DNA of 64,000 nucleotides from Vicinamibacterales bacterium (lineage in GTDB: Bacteria; Acidobacteriota; Vicinamibacteria; Vicinamibacterales; UBA8438), in the NCBI GenBank assembly GCA_965215105.1, contig OZ244051.1, forward strand, positions 5,073,003 through 5,137,002, written 5' to 3'. Both the position numbers and the translations under genes were made by a program. Below the pieces are notes generated by a model. It was not told where the DNA came from. It saw nothing but the letters and a program-made list of their open reading frames with translations, and searched no databases. Below are positions 19,911-29,190 of the stretch, one piece after another (position 1 is the first letter of the stretch; the number at the start of each line of letters is the position of its first letter).

Positions 19911-20714
19911 ATGGAACAGGTTCACTTTGCAACCCCGGTCCGCCGGTGGGCGGAGACTCGACGGCTCGACGCCTGGCTGACGCAGCCGCTCGGCGTCTTC
20001 CTGGCTTTTTCCGCGTTCATCGTGTACGCCACGTGGGCGGCGTTCCAGGGCGACCACTACCACTTCGGGCCGTATCTGTCGCCGTTCTATTCGCCCGAGA
20101 TCTTCGGAGACTCGCCGCACAGTCTCCTGGGGCCGAGGCCGGGCTGGTGGCCGAATCCGGTGCCCTTCTCGCCCGCGTTCCTGATTCTGTGGGCGCCGGT
20201 CGGCTTCCGGCTGACCTGCTACTACTATCGCGGCGCCTACTACAAGGCGTTCTGGCACGACCCGCCGTCGTGCAGCGTGGGCGAGCCGCGATCGAGCTAC
20301 TGGGGCGAGAACTCGTTCCCGCTGATCGTGCAGAACCTGCACCGCTACTTTCTGATCTTCGCGCTCGCGCTCCTGGTGTTCCTCAGCCTCGACGTCTGGA
20401 ACGCGCTGTGGTTCGAGGACCCGGCGACAGGCGCCGTCTCGTTCGGCATCGGGGTCGGGACGCTCGTCCTCGCGACCAACGTCGTCCTGCTCGGCGGCTA
20501 CACGCTGGGATGCCACTCGCTGCGCCATCTCGTCGGGGGCCGGTGCGACCGGATCGCGGGGCTGCCGATACGCCGTCCCACCTACGACTGCGTGAGCTGC
20601 CTGAACAGCCGGCACATGCTCTTCGCCTGGATGAGCCTGGTCTGGGTCGGCTTCTCCGACATCTACGTGCGGCTCTGCGCGATGGGCATCGTGACGGATC
20701 TCCGACTTCTGTAG
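19911..20714 (+). CDS. Succinate dehydrogenase membrane anchor, mycobacterial Sdh1 (Rv0249c-like) type
   Basis: 'PYLSPFYSP', 'FRLTCYYYRGAYYKAFW', 'QNLHRYF', 'YTLGCHSLRH', 'HMLFAWMSL'; upstream of sdhA/sdhB. Confidence 0.88.
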   Translation: MEQVHFATPVRRWAETRRLDAWLTQPLGVFLAFSAFIVYATWAAFQGDHYHFGPYLSPFYSPEIFGDSPHSLLGPRPGWWPNPVPFSPAFLILWAPVGFRLTCYYYRGAYYKAFWHDPPSCSVGEPRSSYWGENSFPLIVQNLHRYFLIFALALLVFLSLDVWNALWFEDPATGAVSFGIGVGTLVLATNVVLLGGYTLGCHSLRHLVGGRCDRIAGLPIRRPTYDCVSCLNSRHMLFAWMSLVWVGFSDIYVRLCAMGIVTDLRLL

Positions 20715-20917
20715 GAGCCTGCGCCCGGGAACGGCGCGGGGGCCTGTCGGATCGGGTTGGGCCGGGCAGCGCGCGGCAATCGCCGCTGCCCGGGCGAAGG
20801 GCGCGACCGCCGCCCGGGTTCGTTCCTCCCGAGGGGGCGGTCGACAACGGGGCGGCGGGCGATGGACGAGGGCTGCTCGTGGCGCGCTGCCGGGTAGCCC
20901 CAGATGAAGATGGCCGA

Positions 20918-22738
20918 ATGGACAACGAATACCAATCCTTCGAACACGACGTGCTGGTAATCGGGGCCGGGGGCGCGGGCCTGCGGGCCGCGATCGAGGC
21001 GTCTGCGGCCGGGGTCTCCGTCGGGCTGATCTGCAAGTCGCTCCTCGGCAAGGCGCACACGGTCATGGCCGAGGGGGGCATGGCCGCGTCCCTCGCCAAC
21101 GTGGACGACCGCGACGACTGGACGGTGCACTTCGCCGACACCATGCGCGGCGGCCAGTACCTGAACAGTTGGCGCATGGCCGAGCTGCACGCCAGGGAGG
21201 CGCCGGCACGGGCGCGCGAGCTCGAGGCCTGGGGGGCGGTGTTCGACCGCACGAAGGACGGGCGCATCCTGCAGCGCAACTTCGGGGGGCACAAGTACCC
21301 GCGGCTCGCCCACGTCGGCGACCGGACCGGGCTCGAGATGATCCGGACCCTGCAGGACCACGGCGTCCACCAGGGCATCGACGTGCACATGGAGTGCACC
21401 GTCGTCGAGCTGCTGAAGGACGGCGACCGCGTCGTCGGGGCGTTCGGCTACGACCGCGAGCGCGGCCGCTTCCAGTTGTTCAAGGCCCGCGCGGTGGTGC
21501 TCGCCACCGGCGGCATCGGGCGCGCCTACAAGGTGACGAGCAACAGTTGGGAGTACACCGGCGACGGGCACGCCCTCGCGTACCGGGTCGGGGCCGAGCT
21601 GATGGACATGGAGTTCGTGCAGTTCCATCCCACCGGCATGGTGTGGCCGCCGAGCGTCCGCGGCATCCTCGTCACCGAGGGGGTGCGCGGCGAGGGCGGG
21701 GTGTTGCGCAACAGCGACGGCAAGCGGTTCATGTTCGAGGACATTCCCGAGCTGTACCGGAGCTCGACCGCCACCGACGAGGAAGAGGGGTGGCGCTACA
21801 CCCAGGGCGACAAGAAGGCGAACCGCCCCCCCGAGCTGCTGACCCGCGACCACGTCGCGCGCTGCATCGTGCGCGAGGTCAAGGAGGGCCGGGGCAGCCC
21901 CCACGGCGGCGTCTTCCTCGACATCGCGTGGATCAAGAAGCGGCTGCCGAACGGGGCCGAGCACATCCGCAAGAAGCTGCCGAGCATGTACCACCAGTTC
22001 AAGCAGCTCGCGGGCATCGACATCACCGAGGAGCCGATGGAGGTCGGCCCCACCACCCACTACGTGATGGGCGGGGTGCGCGTCGACCCCGACAGCCAGA
22101 TGTCGACGGTGCCCGGCCTGTTCGCGGCCGGCGAGTGCGCGGCGGGGCTGCACGGCGCGAACCGGCTCGGCGGCAACTCGCTCTCCGACCTCCTCGTCTT
22201 CGGCCAGCGCGCGGGCAAGTACGCGGCCGAGTTTGCGAAGGAGCAGGCCGCGGCGAAGCCCGCGCAGTACCAGATGGAGGCGGTGGCGCGCGAGGCCCTC
22301 GCGCCGTTCGAGCGCGGGGGCGACGACGCCGAGGGGCCGTACCAGGTGCAGTACGACCTGCAGGACATGATGCAGTCGCAGGTCGGCATCGTGCGCACCG
22401 AGGAGGACATGCAGAAGGCCATCGACGCCTTCGAGGGGCTGCGCGCGCGCGCCGACCGGGTCGGCGTGCAGGGCAACCGCGAGTACAACGCGGGGTGGCA
22501 CACCGCTCTCGACCTGCGGAACCTGCTGATGGTGGCGGAGGCGGTCGCGCGGTCGGCGATCCTGCGCAAGGAGAGCCGCGGCGCCCACTTCCGCGAAGAC
22601 TACCTGGACAAGGACCCCGGGCAGGGCCGGGTGAACACCGTCATCCGGCGCGGCGAGGAAGGCGAGATGCAGGTGACGCAGGAGACGATTCCCGAGATCC
22701 GGGCCGACCTGCAGCAGATCATCGAAGACAACAAGTGA
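20918..22738 (+). CDS. sdhA: Succinate dehydrogenase/fumarate reductase flavoprotein subunit
   Basis: 'IGAGGAGLRAA', 'AHTVMAEGG', 'EFVQFHPTG', 'TEGVRGEGG', 'HYVMGG', 'HGANRLGGNSL', 'ESRGAHFR'. Confidence 0.95.
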   Translation: MDNEYQSFEHDVLVIGAGGAGLRAAIEASAAGVSVGLICKSLLGKAHTVMAEGGMAASLANVDDRDDWTVHFADTMRGGQYLNSWRMAELHAREAPARARELEAWGAVFDRTKDGRILQRNFGGHKYPRLAHVGDRTGLEMIRTLQDHGVHQGIDVHMECTVVELLKDGDRVVGAFGYDRERGRFQLFKARAVVLATGGIGRAYKVTSNSWEYTGDGHALAYRVGAELMDMEFVQFHPTGMVWPPSVRGILVTEGVRGEGGVLRNSDGKRFMFEDIPELYRSSTATDEEEGWRYTQGDKKANRPPELLTRDHVARCIVREVKEGRGSPHGGVFLDIAWIKKRLPNGAEHIRKKLPSMYHQFKQLAGIDITEEPMEVGPTTHYVMGGVRVDPDSQMSTVPGLFAAGECAAGLHGANRLGGNSLSDLLVFGQRAGKYAAEFAKEQAAAKPAQYQMEAVAREALAPFERGGDDAEGPYQVQYDLQDMMQSQVGIVRTEEDMQKAIDAFEGLRARADRVGVQGNREYNAGWHTALDLRNLLMVAEAVARSAILRKESRGAHFREDYLDKDPGQGRVNTVIRRGEEGEMQVTQETIPEIRADLQQIIEDNK

Positions 22739-22846
22739 CGGCGCGGCGCGGGCGTTCCCGTGCGTGTCGAGCGGAGACCGAGGCCGGTGGCGACGCCGGC
22801 GGGCGCGCCCGGGCGTTTACAGGGCGCGCACAGCGGAGAGAGCGTG

Positions 22847-23587
22847 ATGAGCAGCGCGACATTCCGGATCTGGCGGGGGACCTCCGAGGACGGCGAGTTC
22901 CGGGACTACACCACCGAGGTGTCCGAGGGCATGGTCGTCCTCGACGCGGTGCACCAGATCCAGGCCGAGCAGGCCAACGACCTCGCGGTGCGCTGGAACT
23001 GCAAGGCCGGCAAGTGCGGGTCGTGCTCGGCCGAGGTCAACGGCAGCCCCAAGCTGATGTGCATGACCCGGCTCAACTCCCTGCCCCTCGATCAGCCGGT
23101 GACCATCGAGCCGATGCAGGCGTTCCCCACCGTCCGCGACCTCGTCACCGACGTGTCGTGGAACTACGAGGTCAAGAAGGCCATCAAGCCGTTCGCCCCG
23201 CGCGAGCCGGACGCGGCGGACGGCACGTGGCGCATGGAGCAGTACGACGTCGAGCGGGTGCAGGAGTTCCGCAAGTGCATCGAGTGCTTCCTGTGCCAGG
23301 ACGTCTGCCACGTGCTGCGCGACCACCGCCTCCACGGCGAGTTCATCGGGCCCCGCTTCTTCGTCTACTCGGCCGCCCTCGAGATGCACCCCCTCGACAC
23401 CGCCGACCGCACCACGGAGCTCGCCGACGACCACGGCGTCGGCTACTGCAACATCACCAAGTGCTGCACCAAGGTCTGCCCCGAGGAGATCACCATCACC
23501 GACAACGCGATCATCCCTCTGAAGGAGCGCGTCGTCGACAAGATGTACGACCCGATCACGAAGCTGCTCCGGATGTTCAGGTCGTGA
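22847..23587 (+). CDS. sdhB: Succinate dehydrogenase/fumarate reductase iron-sulfur subunit
   Basis: 'NCKAGKCGSCS...LMC', 'CIECFLCQDVC', 'CNITKCCTKVCP'. Confidence 0.95.
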   Translation: MSSATFRIWRGTSEDGEFRDYTTEVSEGMVVLDAVHQIQAEQANDLAVRWNCKAGKCGSCSAEVNGSPKLMCMTRLNSLPLDQPVTIEPMQAFPTVRDLVTDVSWNYEVKKAIKPFAPREPDAADGTWRMEQYDVERVQEFRKCIECFLCQDVCHVLRDHRLHGEFIGPRFFVYSAALEMHPLDTADRTTELADDHGVGYCNITKCCTKVCPEEITITDNAIIPLKERVVDKMYDPITKLLRMFRS

Positions 23588-23695
23588 CCGCCCGCCCGCC
23601 CGCGGCCGGCCGCGCACAGCGGGTGGCGACGAGTTGGGCTTCGACCTAGACATTTCGGCACCGCAACGCGCTCATCGAAGGGACCGGGTGTAGGG

Positions 23696-23963
23696 ATGAG
23701 GACACCGCGCGCAAGTGAGATCGTTGTGGAGCTGACACAAGATCAGATCGATTATCTGCGCCGGCCGTTGCGGGGGCAGCGGTTATCAGGCGTTGCTCGG
23801 TCGGCTGCGGGACAATCTGTCCGGCAACCGCCTCACGCTGACGCGGACCGACTGCGAGAAATTGGTCCGATATGCCGCGGACTACGGTGAGGGTGGGTTC
23901 CAGACACGCTTGCGGCCAATTGTTCCAATTGTTCAGTTGGCCGAGTCGTTCATCAGCGACTGA
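23696..23963 (+). pseudogene. Frameshifted small (~88 aa) helical protein upstream of the DNA methyltransferase
   Basis: The frame from ATG 23696 (...YLRRPLRG) continues in the +1 frame after about 23780 as 'GYQALLGRLRDNLSGNRLTLTRTDCEKLVRYAADYGEGGFQTRLRP...SD*'. A 9-bp duplication ccaattgtt lies at 23916-23933. Confidence 0.6.
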
Positions 23964-23975
23964 CGGACCCGACGT

Positions 23976-24869
23976 ATGGACACGGGGGCATTCCGCAGCG
24001 CGTCGCACGGGGTGGAGACCCTGATCCACCGCCGTGATTGCGTCGAGGGAATGCGGGCGTTGCTCGAACCGGAGTCCGTCGACGTCGTCGTGACGTCACC
24101 CCCGTACAACCTGGGCATCACCTACGGGTCCTATGACGATACGGCGCCGCGGGCGGAGTATCTGGACTGGATCGCGGTCTGGGGCGAGGTCGTCGAGCGG
24201 GTGTTGAGTCGCGGCGGCTCGCTCTTCCTGAACGTCGCGGGCAAACCTTCGGAGCCCTGGGGCCCTTTCGAGGTGCTGGAACGCCTGCGGGGCCGCTTCG
24301 TTCTGCAGAACACCATCCACTGGATCAAGTCGATAGCCATCGACGCCGATCGGGTCGGCGCGGCGAGCGGCCTGACCCGCAACGTCGCCGTCGGGCACTA
24401 CAAGCCGATCAACAGCAAGCGGTACGTGAACGACTGCCACGAGTACATCTTTCACCTGACGAAGGCCGGTGACGTGGAGCTGGATCGACGCGCAATCGGC
24501 GTCGAGTACCAGGACAAGTCGAACGTCGCCAGATGGGAGGCCGCGAAAGGAGACGTGCGGTGCCGCGGCAATACTTGGTTCGTGCCGTACCGGACCATTC
24601 AGAGTCGGGACCGGGAGCGGCCGCACCCGGCGACGTTCCCGGTCCGGATACCGATGATGTGTATCCGTCTGCATGGAACCGGACGGGTGAGGCGCGTCCT
24701 GGATCCGTTCCTGGGCCTGGGACACAGTGCGCTGGCGTGTATGGCGCTGGGACTCGACTTCGTGGGTTTCGAGGTCGACGCCGGTTACTTCTCCGAGGCG
24801 CGGCGCCTGATCGAGGCGTTCGATCCGACGGTGGACGGCGGCGACTCGAGTCAGTTGGCGCTGTTCTGA
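23976..24869 (+). CDS. Site-specific DNA methyltransferase, beta class (N4-C or N6-A)
   Basis: Catalytic motif IV 'VTSPPYN' precedes 'HPATFP' and SAM-binding motif I 'VLDPFLGLGHS'. Confidence 0.92.
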   Translation: MDTGAFRSASHGVETLIHRRDCVEGMRALLEPESVDVVVTSPPYNLGITYGSYDDTAPRAEYLDWIAVWGEVVERVLSRGGSLFLNVAGKPSEPWGPFEVLERLRGRFVLQNTIHWIKSIAIDADRVGAASGLTRNVAVGHYKPINSKRYVNDCHEYIFHLTKAGDVELDRRAIGVEYQDKSNVARWEAAKGDVRCRGNTWFVPYRTIQSRDRERPHPATFPVRIPMMCIRLHGTGRVRRVLDPFLGLGHSALACMALGLDFVGFEVDAGYFSEARRLIEAFDPTVDGGDSSQLALF

Positions 24870-25004
24870 TTGGTCAGGGCGCCGCTCTGGCCGCCCGGCA
24901 TGGATGCTGGCGTGCAGATTTCGGAGCGGGGCGAGGCTTGGGCCCGGCCCAGGGGAGAGAGCCGACGGTGGCGCAGGGGCTTGGGGGCGCCAAGGGGCGG
25001 CCCG

Positions 25005-26402
25005 TCAGAACCGGACCGTCAGGCTCTCCACCACCCGGGGCAGCGCTTCCACCAGATAGAGGGGTAGCGACAGCAGGCGGTAGCGGATCCGTCCGGACCT
25101 CTGCCCGTGGCGTACGTCGGCCTCCACGGTATGCAGCGTCGGCGCGCCCGCATCGAAACGGACCGCGAACCGCGCCTGCTTTGCCGCCGCGAACTGGTGC
25201 AACGATTTCAGGGCCCCGGTGCGTCCGGCCTTCACCTCGATCGGGACGATGTTACCGCCGAACTCGCACACGTAGTCGACCTCGGCATTGCTGGATCGGC
25301 CCTCGCGCAGCCAGTAGGTCAGTTCGCGGTTCGGCCGGCCGGCGAGGAGAAACTGCAGGTGCTGGCCGATGAACTGCTCGGCGCCGGCGCCGGCGTTGAC
25401 CAGTTGGGTCGCGGTCTGGCCGGCGATGGAATGCCACCCGAGTCCGCAGACGGCGTTCATCAACCCGACGTCCACGAAGATCAGCTTGAAGACGTTCTCC
25501 TTGAGATCGGCCTGCAACGGAAGGCCGGAGCACTGGCTGTGAGTCACTCTGGCGATGACGCGCGCCATGGAAAGCAGGTCGATGTCGCGGCGGATCGTGA
25601 CGCTCTGGTCGTCGGGCGAGACGTTGCTGTACTTGACCTTGCGTCCGGCATGACGCGCGGCGAAATTGAACACCCGGAGCATGCGGGTGAGGTCGCGGCG
25701 CGCCGCGTACTTCGGGAAGTCGTCGCGCCAGGTGTCGATGATGCTGGCGTGCACCGCGCTGACGCGGCGGAGACTCCCGGAATCGGCGTACGCCTTGACC
25801 GCCTCGGGCATGCCGCCGATGAAGTGGTACAGGCGGAGCAGCTCCAGCAGGCGCCGGTGAATGGGCGCGGATAGAGTCGGCGTGGCGCCGGCCGGCCATT
25901 CGAACGTCTCGATCTCGCCCGCGAGACGGCCCTGGCCGACGGCTCGCAGGAACTCGGTGAACGTCATCGGGCCCAGGTCGAGGTATTCGATGCGTCCGAC
26001 CGGCATCGGGAACCTGCGGTCCGACAGCATGAACTCCATCAGCGAACCGGCGGCTACGACCGGCAGCTCGGGCCTCTCTTCGAGGAAGTACCGGAGCGCG
26101 GTGAAGGCGGCGGGAACGGCCTGTATCTCGTCCAGGAACAGGATCGTCGATTCGGACACATAACGGTTGGAGATGGCCTCGATCACGTCGAGGATGCCCC
26201 CCGGATCGTTGCCGGCGAACGTATCGGCGAGATCCGGATGGCGTTCGAGGTTGACGGCCAGCAGATCGCGGTCGGCCTGCGCTTCGCAGAACAGCCGGAC
26301 CAGCGTGGACTTGCCCACCTGCCGCGCGCCGCGCAGGACCAGCGGCTTGCGTCCGGGCCGATGCAGCCACTCCTGGACGTCCTGCAGTCGATGACGATGC
26401 AT
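25005..26402 (-). CDS. AAA+ ATPase with DUF4143 / PD-(D/E)XK-like C-terminus
   Basis: Walker A 'GARQVGKS', Walker B 'LFLDEIQ', 'GGMPEAV', 'KLIFVDVGL', 'AEVDYV...PIEVKAG'. Confidence 0.9.
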   Translation of the reverse strand: MHRHRLQDVQEWLHRPGRKPLVLRGARQVGKSTLVRLFCEAQADRDLLAVNLERHPDLADTFAGNDPGGILDVIEAISNRYVSESTILFLDEIQAVPAAFTALRYFLEERPELPVVAAGSLMEFMLSDRRFPMPVGRIEYLDLGPMTFTEFLRAVGQGRLAGEIETFEWPAGATPTLSAPIHRRLLELLRLYHFIGGMPEAVKAYADSGSLRRVSAVHASIIDTWRDDFPKYAARRDLTRMLRVFNFAARHAGRKVKYSNVSPDDQSVTIRRDIDLLSMARVIARVTHSQCSGLPLQADLKENVFKLIFVDVGLMNAVCGLGWHSIAGQTATQLVNAGAGAEQFIGQHLQFLLAGRPNRELTYWLREGRSSNAEVDYVCEFGGNIVPIEVKAGRTGALKSLHQFAAAKQARFAVRFDAGAPTLHTVEADVRHGQRSGRIRYRLLSLPLYLVEALPRVVESLTVRF

Positions 26403-26839
26403 GAGTGACGAGTATTCACTTTTATACCGGTAAAATCAACCTGTGATTATGTTTTTCAGGGTATGTTTAGGCTGCGGACGAGGTTCCAGGCGGCGAGCAC
26501 CGCGGCAACCTGCTGAGCCAGACGGTCGTTTTCGCCGGAGCGGGGCGGCGGCGTCCGGGGTCGAGGTCGTGCCCCGTCTCTTGCTGCGGCGCGGTATCTC
26601 GCCGCAGCCGGGGTAGCCGGGGTGGCGGCCGGTATCGCTCTCGCCCTGCAGGCCCTTGTCGTCCCCGGCCTGCGTGCCGGCGTGCTGAGTCTCGGTGTCT
26701 GGCGCGCAAAGCGGCGTCAGGCGCCGGCGTGGGCCGGACCGGCCGCGCGCCGGCCCCGATCGGCGGGAACGACGCCGACTCTCGCCCTCCAACGGCATCG
26801 TCGCGGTCCGCCTCCCTGTAGTACAGTCCGTGGTCAGCC

Positions 26840-27982
26840 ATGAAGCTCTTCACGCTCCGTGCGGATCACTACCGCAGTCTCCGCGATCAGGACATCGATC
26901 TGGACGACTTCAATCTGTTCATCGGCGCCAATGCGTCGGGGAAGAGCACCATACTCGACGCACTGCGGTTCCTGAGCGAGGCGGTGCGGGCGCGTGACTT
27001 TCGCGAACCCGTATGGGCGCGCGGGGGGTTGCTCCACCTGGCCTGGAAGGGGGAAGACGCGCAGCGGATCGGGTTGACCGTAGGGCTGAGGGACGGGAGG
27101 AAGAACCACGACCGGAGATTCGAATGGAGGCTCCGCCTCACGAGGAACGGATACGAGTTTCGGGTCGAGGAGCACGTGGAGGAGACGCGTCCCGGTTCGC
27201 CGCCGGTCACGTTGCTCGACGCCGCCGGCGGTGAGGGTTGGTGGTGGTCGGGCGAACAGGGGCGAGTCGAGCTGAAACAGGCGCCGACGGCGTGCGCTCT
27301 GTCGGCGGCGGCGGCCGACGCGTCCTTTCCGGCCCGCGACGTGGCGGAGTTCGTCGGCCGGTGGGGGTTCTTCGATCCCGGTCCGTTTCTCCTGCGCCGG
27401 GACTGGACCGGGCTGGATTCCAGCCGGCTGGACCACTACGGCCGTAACCTGGGCGCGACACTGCACGCGCTCGGTCAATCGTCGCCGGAGACACTGGAAC
27501 GCATCGTGAAAGCGACGCGGGCAATCGTGGGCCTGCCCACTCAGGTGGAGCTTCGGGAGTCGGAGGATCGCTTCTACTTCGTGCAGACGGAGCCGGGGCT
27601 GCAATACCCCGTGCACCAGATGGGCGTGTCCAGCGGTACGCTGCGCACGCTGGCGCTGATGACGGCGCTGCACGCCGAGCCGGGAGAGAGTCTGATCGGC
27701 ATCGAGGAACCCGAGAACTACGTCCATCCGACGGCGTTGTCCGCCTTTCTGGAGTGTCTGCGCGGCGTACAGGGCCGCATACAGTTCATGGTGACGACCC
27801 ACTCGCCGCTGCTGCTCGACTTCGTGGATGCACCGGAGGCGGTGCGGGTCGTCCGGCGGGACGCCGGGGCCGGGACGACCGTCGTGAAGCAGGAGGATCC
27901 GGACGGCGTGCGCAAAGCGCTGAAGGAGTCCGGGTTCGGCCTCGGGGAGTTCTACGAGACGAAGGGCTTCGGTGCGGAATGA
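26840..27982 (+). CDS. ABC-type (AAA_21/AAA_15-like) ATPase
   Basis: 'IGANASGKSTILDAL', signature 'VSSGTLRTL', 'IEEPENYVHP', H-loop 'TTHSP'. Confidence 0.9.
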   Translation: MKLFTLRADHYRSLRDQDIDLDDFNLFIGANASGKSTILDALRFLSEAVRARDFREPVWARGGLLHLAWKGEDAQRIGLTVGLRDGRKNHDRRFEWRLRLTRNGYEFRVEEHVEETRPGSPPVTLLDAAGGEGWWWSGEQGRVELKQAPTACALSAAAADASFPARDVAEFVGRWGFFDPGPFLLRRDWTGLDSSRLDHYGRNLGATLHALGQSSPETLERIVKATRAIVGLPTQVELRESEDRFYFVQTEPGLQYPVHQMGVSSGTLRTLALMTALHAEPGESLIGIEEPENYVHPTALSAFLECLRGVQGRIQFMVTTHSPLLLDFVDAPEAVRVVRRDAGAGTTVVKQEDPDGVRKALKESGFGLGEFYETKGFGAE

Positions 27983-28569
27983 CGCGGGCCAAACACGTCG
28001 TCATCGTCGCGTCGGGAGAAACGGAGAGGCGCGCGTTGCCCCACTTGTTGCGGCACCTGCAGGATCGTGACGTCATCGTGGACGAGGTGCGCGTTCCGCC
28101 GCGAAACCGGGCGCTCGACGGGCCGATGGCGGAGAAGCTCGTCAAGGCGGCGTGGTACGAGAAGCCGAGCGCGCCGCCGCACAAGTTCGTCGTCGTCCTG
28201 GACCTTGACGGACAAGATGCCGACGCGATACTGGAGCCGGTTCGGAACGCGCTGCGCCCACGGTTGGATGAGGTGCGGGCCGACCTCCTGTGCGCGTACG
28301 CACAGCAGCATCTCGAAGCGTGGTACTTCGCGGACGCGGAGAATCTCAGGCGGTACCTGGGGCGGGCGCCGGGGGGTGTCGACACCTCGAGACCGGACGA
28401 CATTCGGAACCCGAAGCTGCATCTCAAGCACATGCTCGGAGAGCGCGTCTATACCGCTCGGGTTTCCGAGGAGATTGCGGCGGGGCTGGATGCAAGCACG
28501 ATAGCCCGCCGAAGTCCGAGCTTCAAGGGGCTGGTCGATGCGGTGACGAACGGCGCATCGAGTCGTTGA
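27979..28569 (+). CDS. DUF4276-like (TOPRIM-related) protein, translationally coupled to the ATPase
   Basis: ATGA overlap with the ATPase stop; 'VASGETE', 'VVVLDLDG', 'HLEAWYFAD', 'NPKLHL', 'RSPSF'. Confidence 0.75.
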   Translation: MTRAKHVVIVASGETERRALPHLLRHLQDRDVIVDEVRVPPRNRALDGPMAEKLVKAAWYEKPSAPPHKFVVVLDLDGQDADAILEPVRNALRPRLDEVRADLLCAYAQQHLEAWYFADAENLRRYLGRAPGGVDTSRPDDIRNPKLHLKHMLGERVYTARVSEEIAAGLDASTIARRSPSFKGLVDAVTNGASSR

Positions 28570-28811
28570 CAGACGGATAGAGTGATTCCAGGCGGGGCGC
28601 CACGGGCTGTCGAGCGGCTTTCGGCGAGCTTGCTACCATGCTGCTCGGATTCGCCGAGGGCCGCGCGATGGTGGTTCTTGGCTGGTGCGGTCGGTGTGCT
28701 GCCGCGATACACCCGCAACCCCGACAGATCACGATCGTGGTGTCGGCGCGCCGGCCGGCCTGTCGCACGTCGGCGAGGAACGAGGAATCGGTTTCCGGCG
28801 GGCGGGCGGGT

Positions 28812-29129
28812 GGGACCCGCTGGCGCAGTTGCAGGAAACGCAGACGATGCTGGAAGAGAACATGCGGGAATGGACCCGCGAGTGGCTCGAGCAGGGGCGC
28901 GCCCAGGGCATCGAGCAGGGGCGCGCCGAGGGCATCGAGCAAGAGCGCGCGCTGCTTTGCCGTCTGGCTGCCCGCAAGTTCGACCGGCGCCGCCGAGGGG
29001 CTGGCCGCCGCGTTGGCCGGGGTCACCGACGCGGACCGCCTCGCTCGGACCGGCGACTGGATTATCGAGTGCGTGACGGCGTCGGACCTGCTGGCCCGCG
29101 TCCGCGGTGACGGCCGGTCGGGCGGCTGA
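28812..29129 (+). pseudogene. C-terminal remnant of an Rpn-family (YhgA-like) nuclease, frameshifted
   Basis: 'MLEENMREWTREWLEQGRAQGIEQGRAEGIEQERALLCRLAARKFD' shifts near 28985 into 'AEGLAAALAGVTDADRLARTGDWIIEC...LLARV'. No N-terminal nuclease domain is present upstream. Confidence 0.75.
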
Positions 29130-29190
29130 CGGTGCGGGCGGCGCGGACCCGGTCCTCAGGCGTGGCGGCCGTGCGCCCGCGGGAGCGAGG

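Noticed and set aside
18767-22738. 1323-aa ORF suggesting an N-terminally extended SdhA
   Set aside because: Only the part from ATG 20918 is SdhA. The upstream part overlaps thiO and the anchor gene in other frames.
26436-26843. Short ORFs between the two ATPase genes
   Set aside because: No recognisable motifs, RBS or consistent codon bias; at most a decayed fragment.
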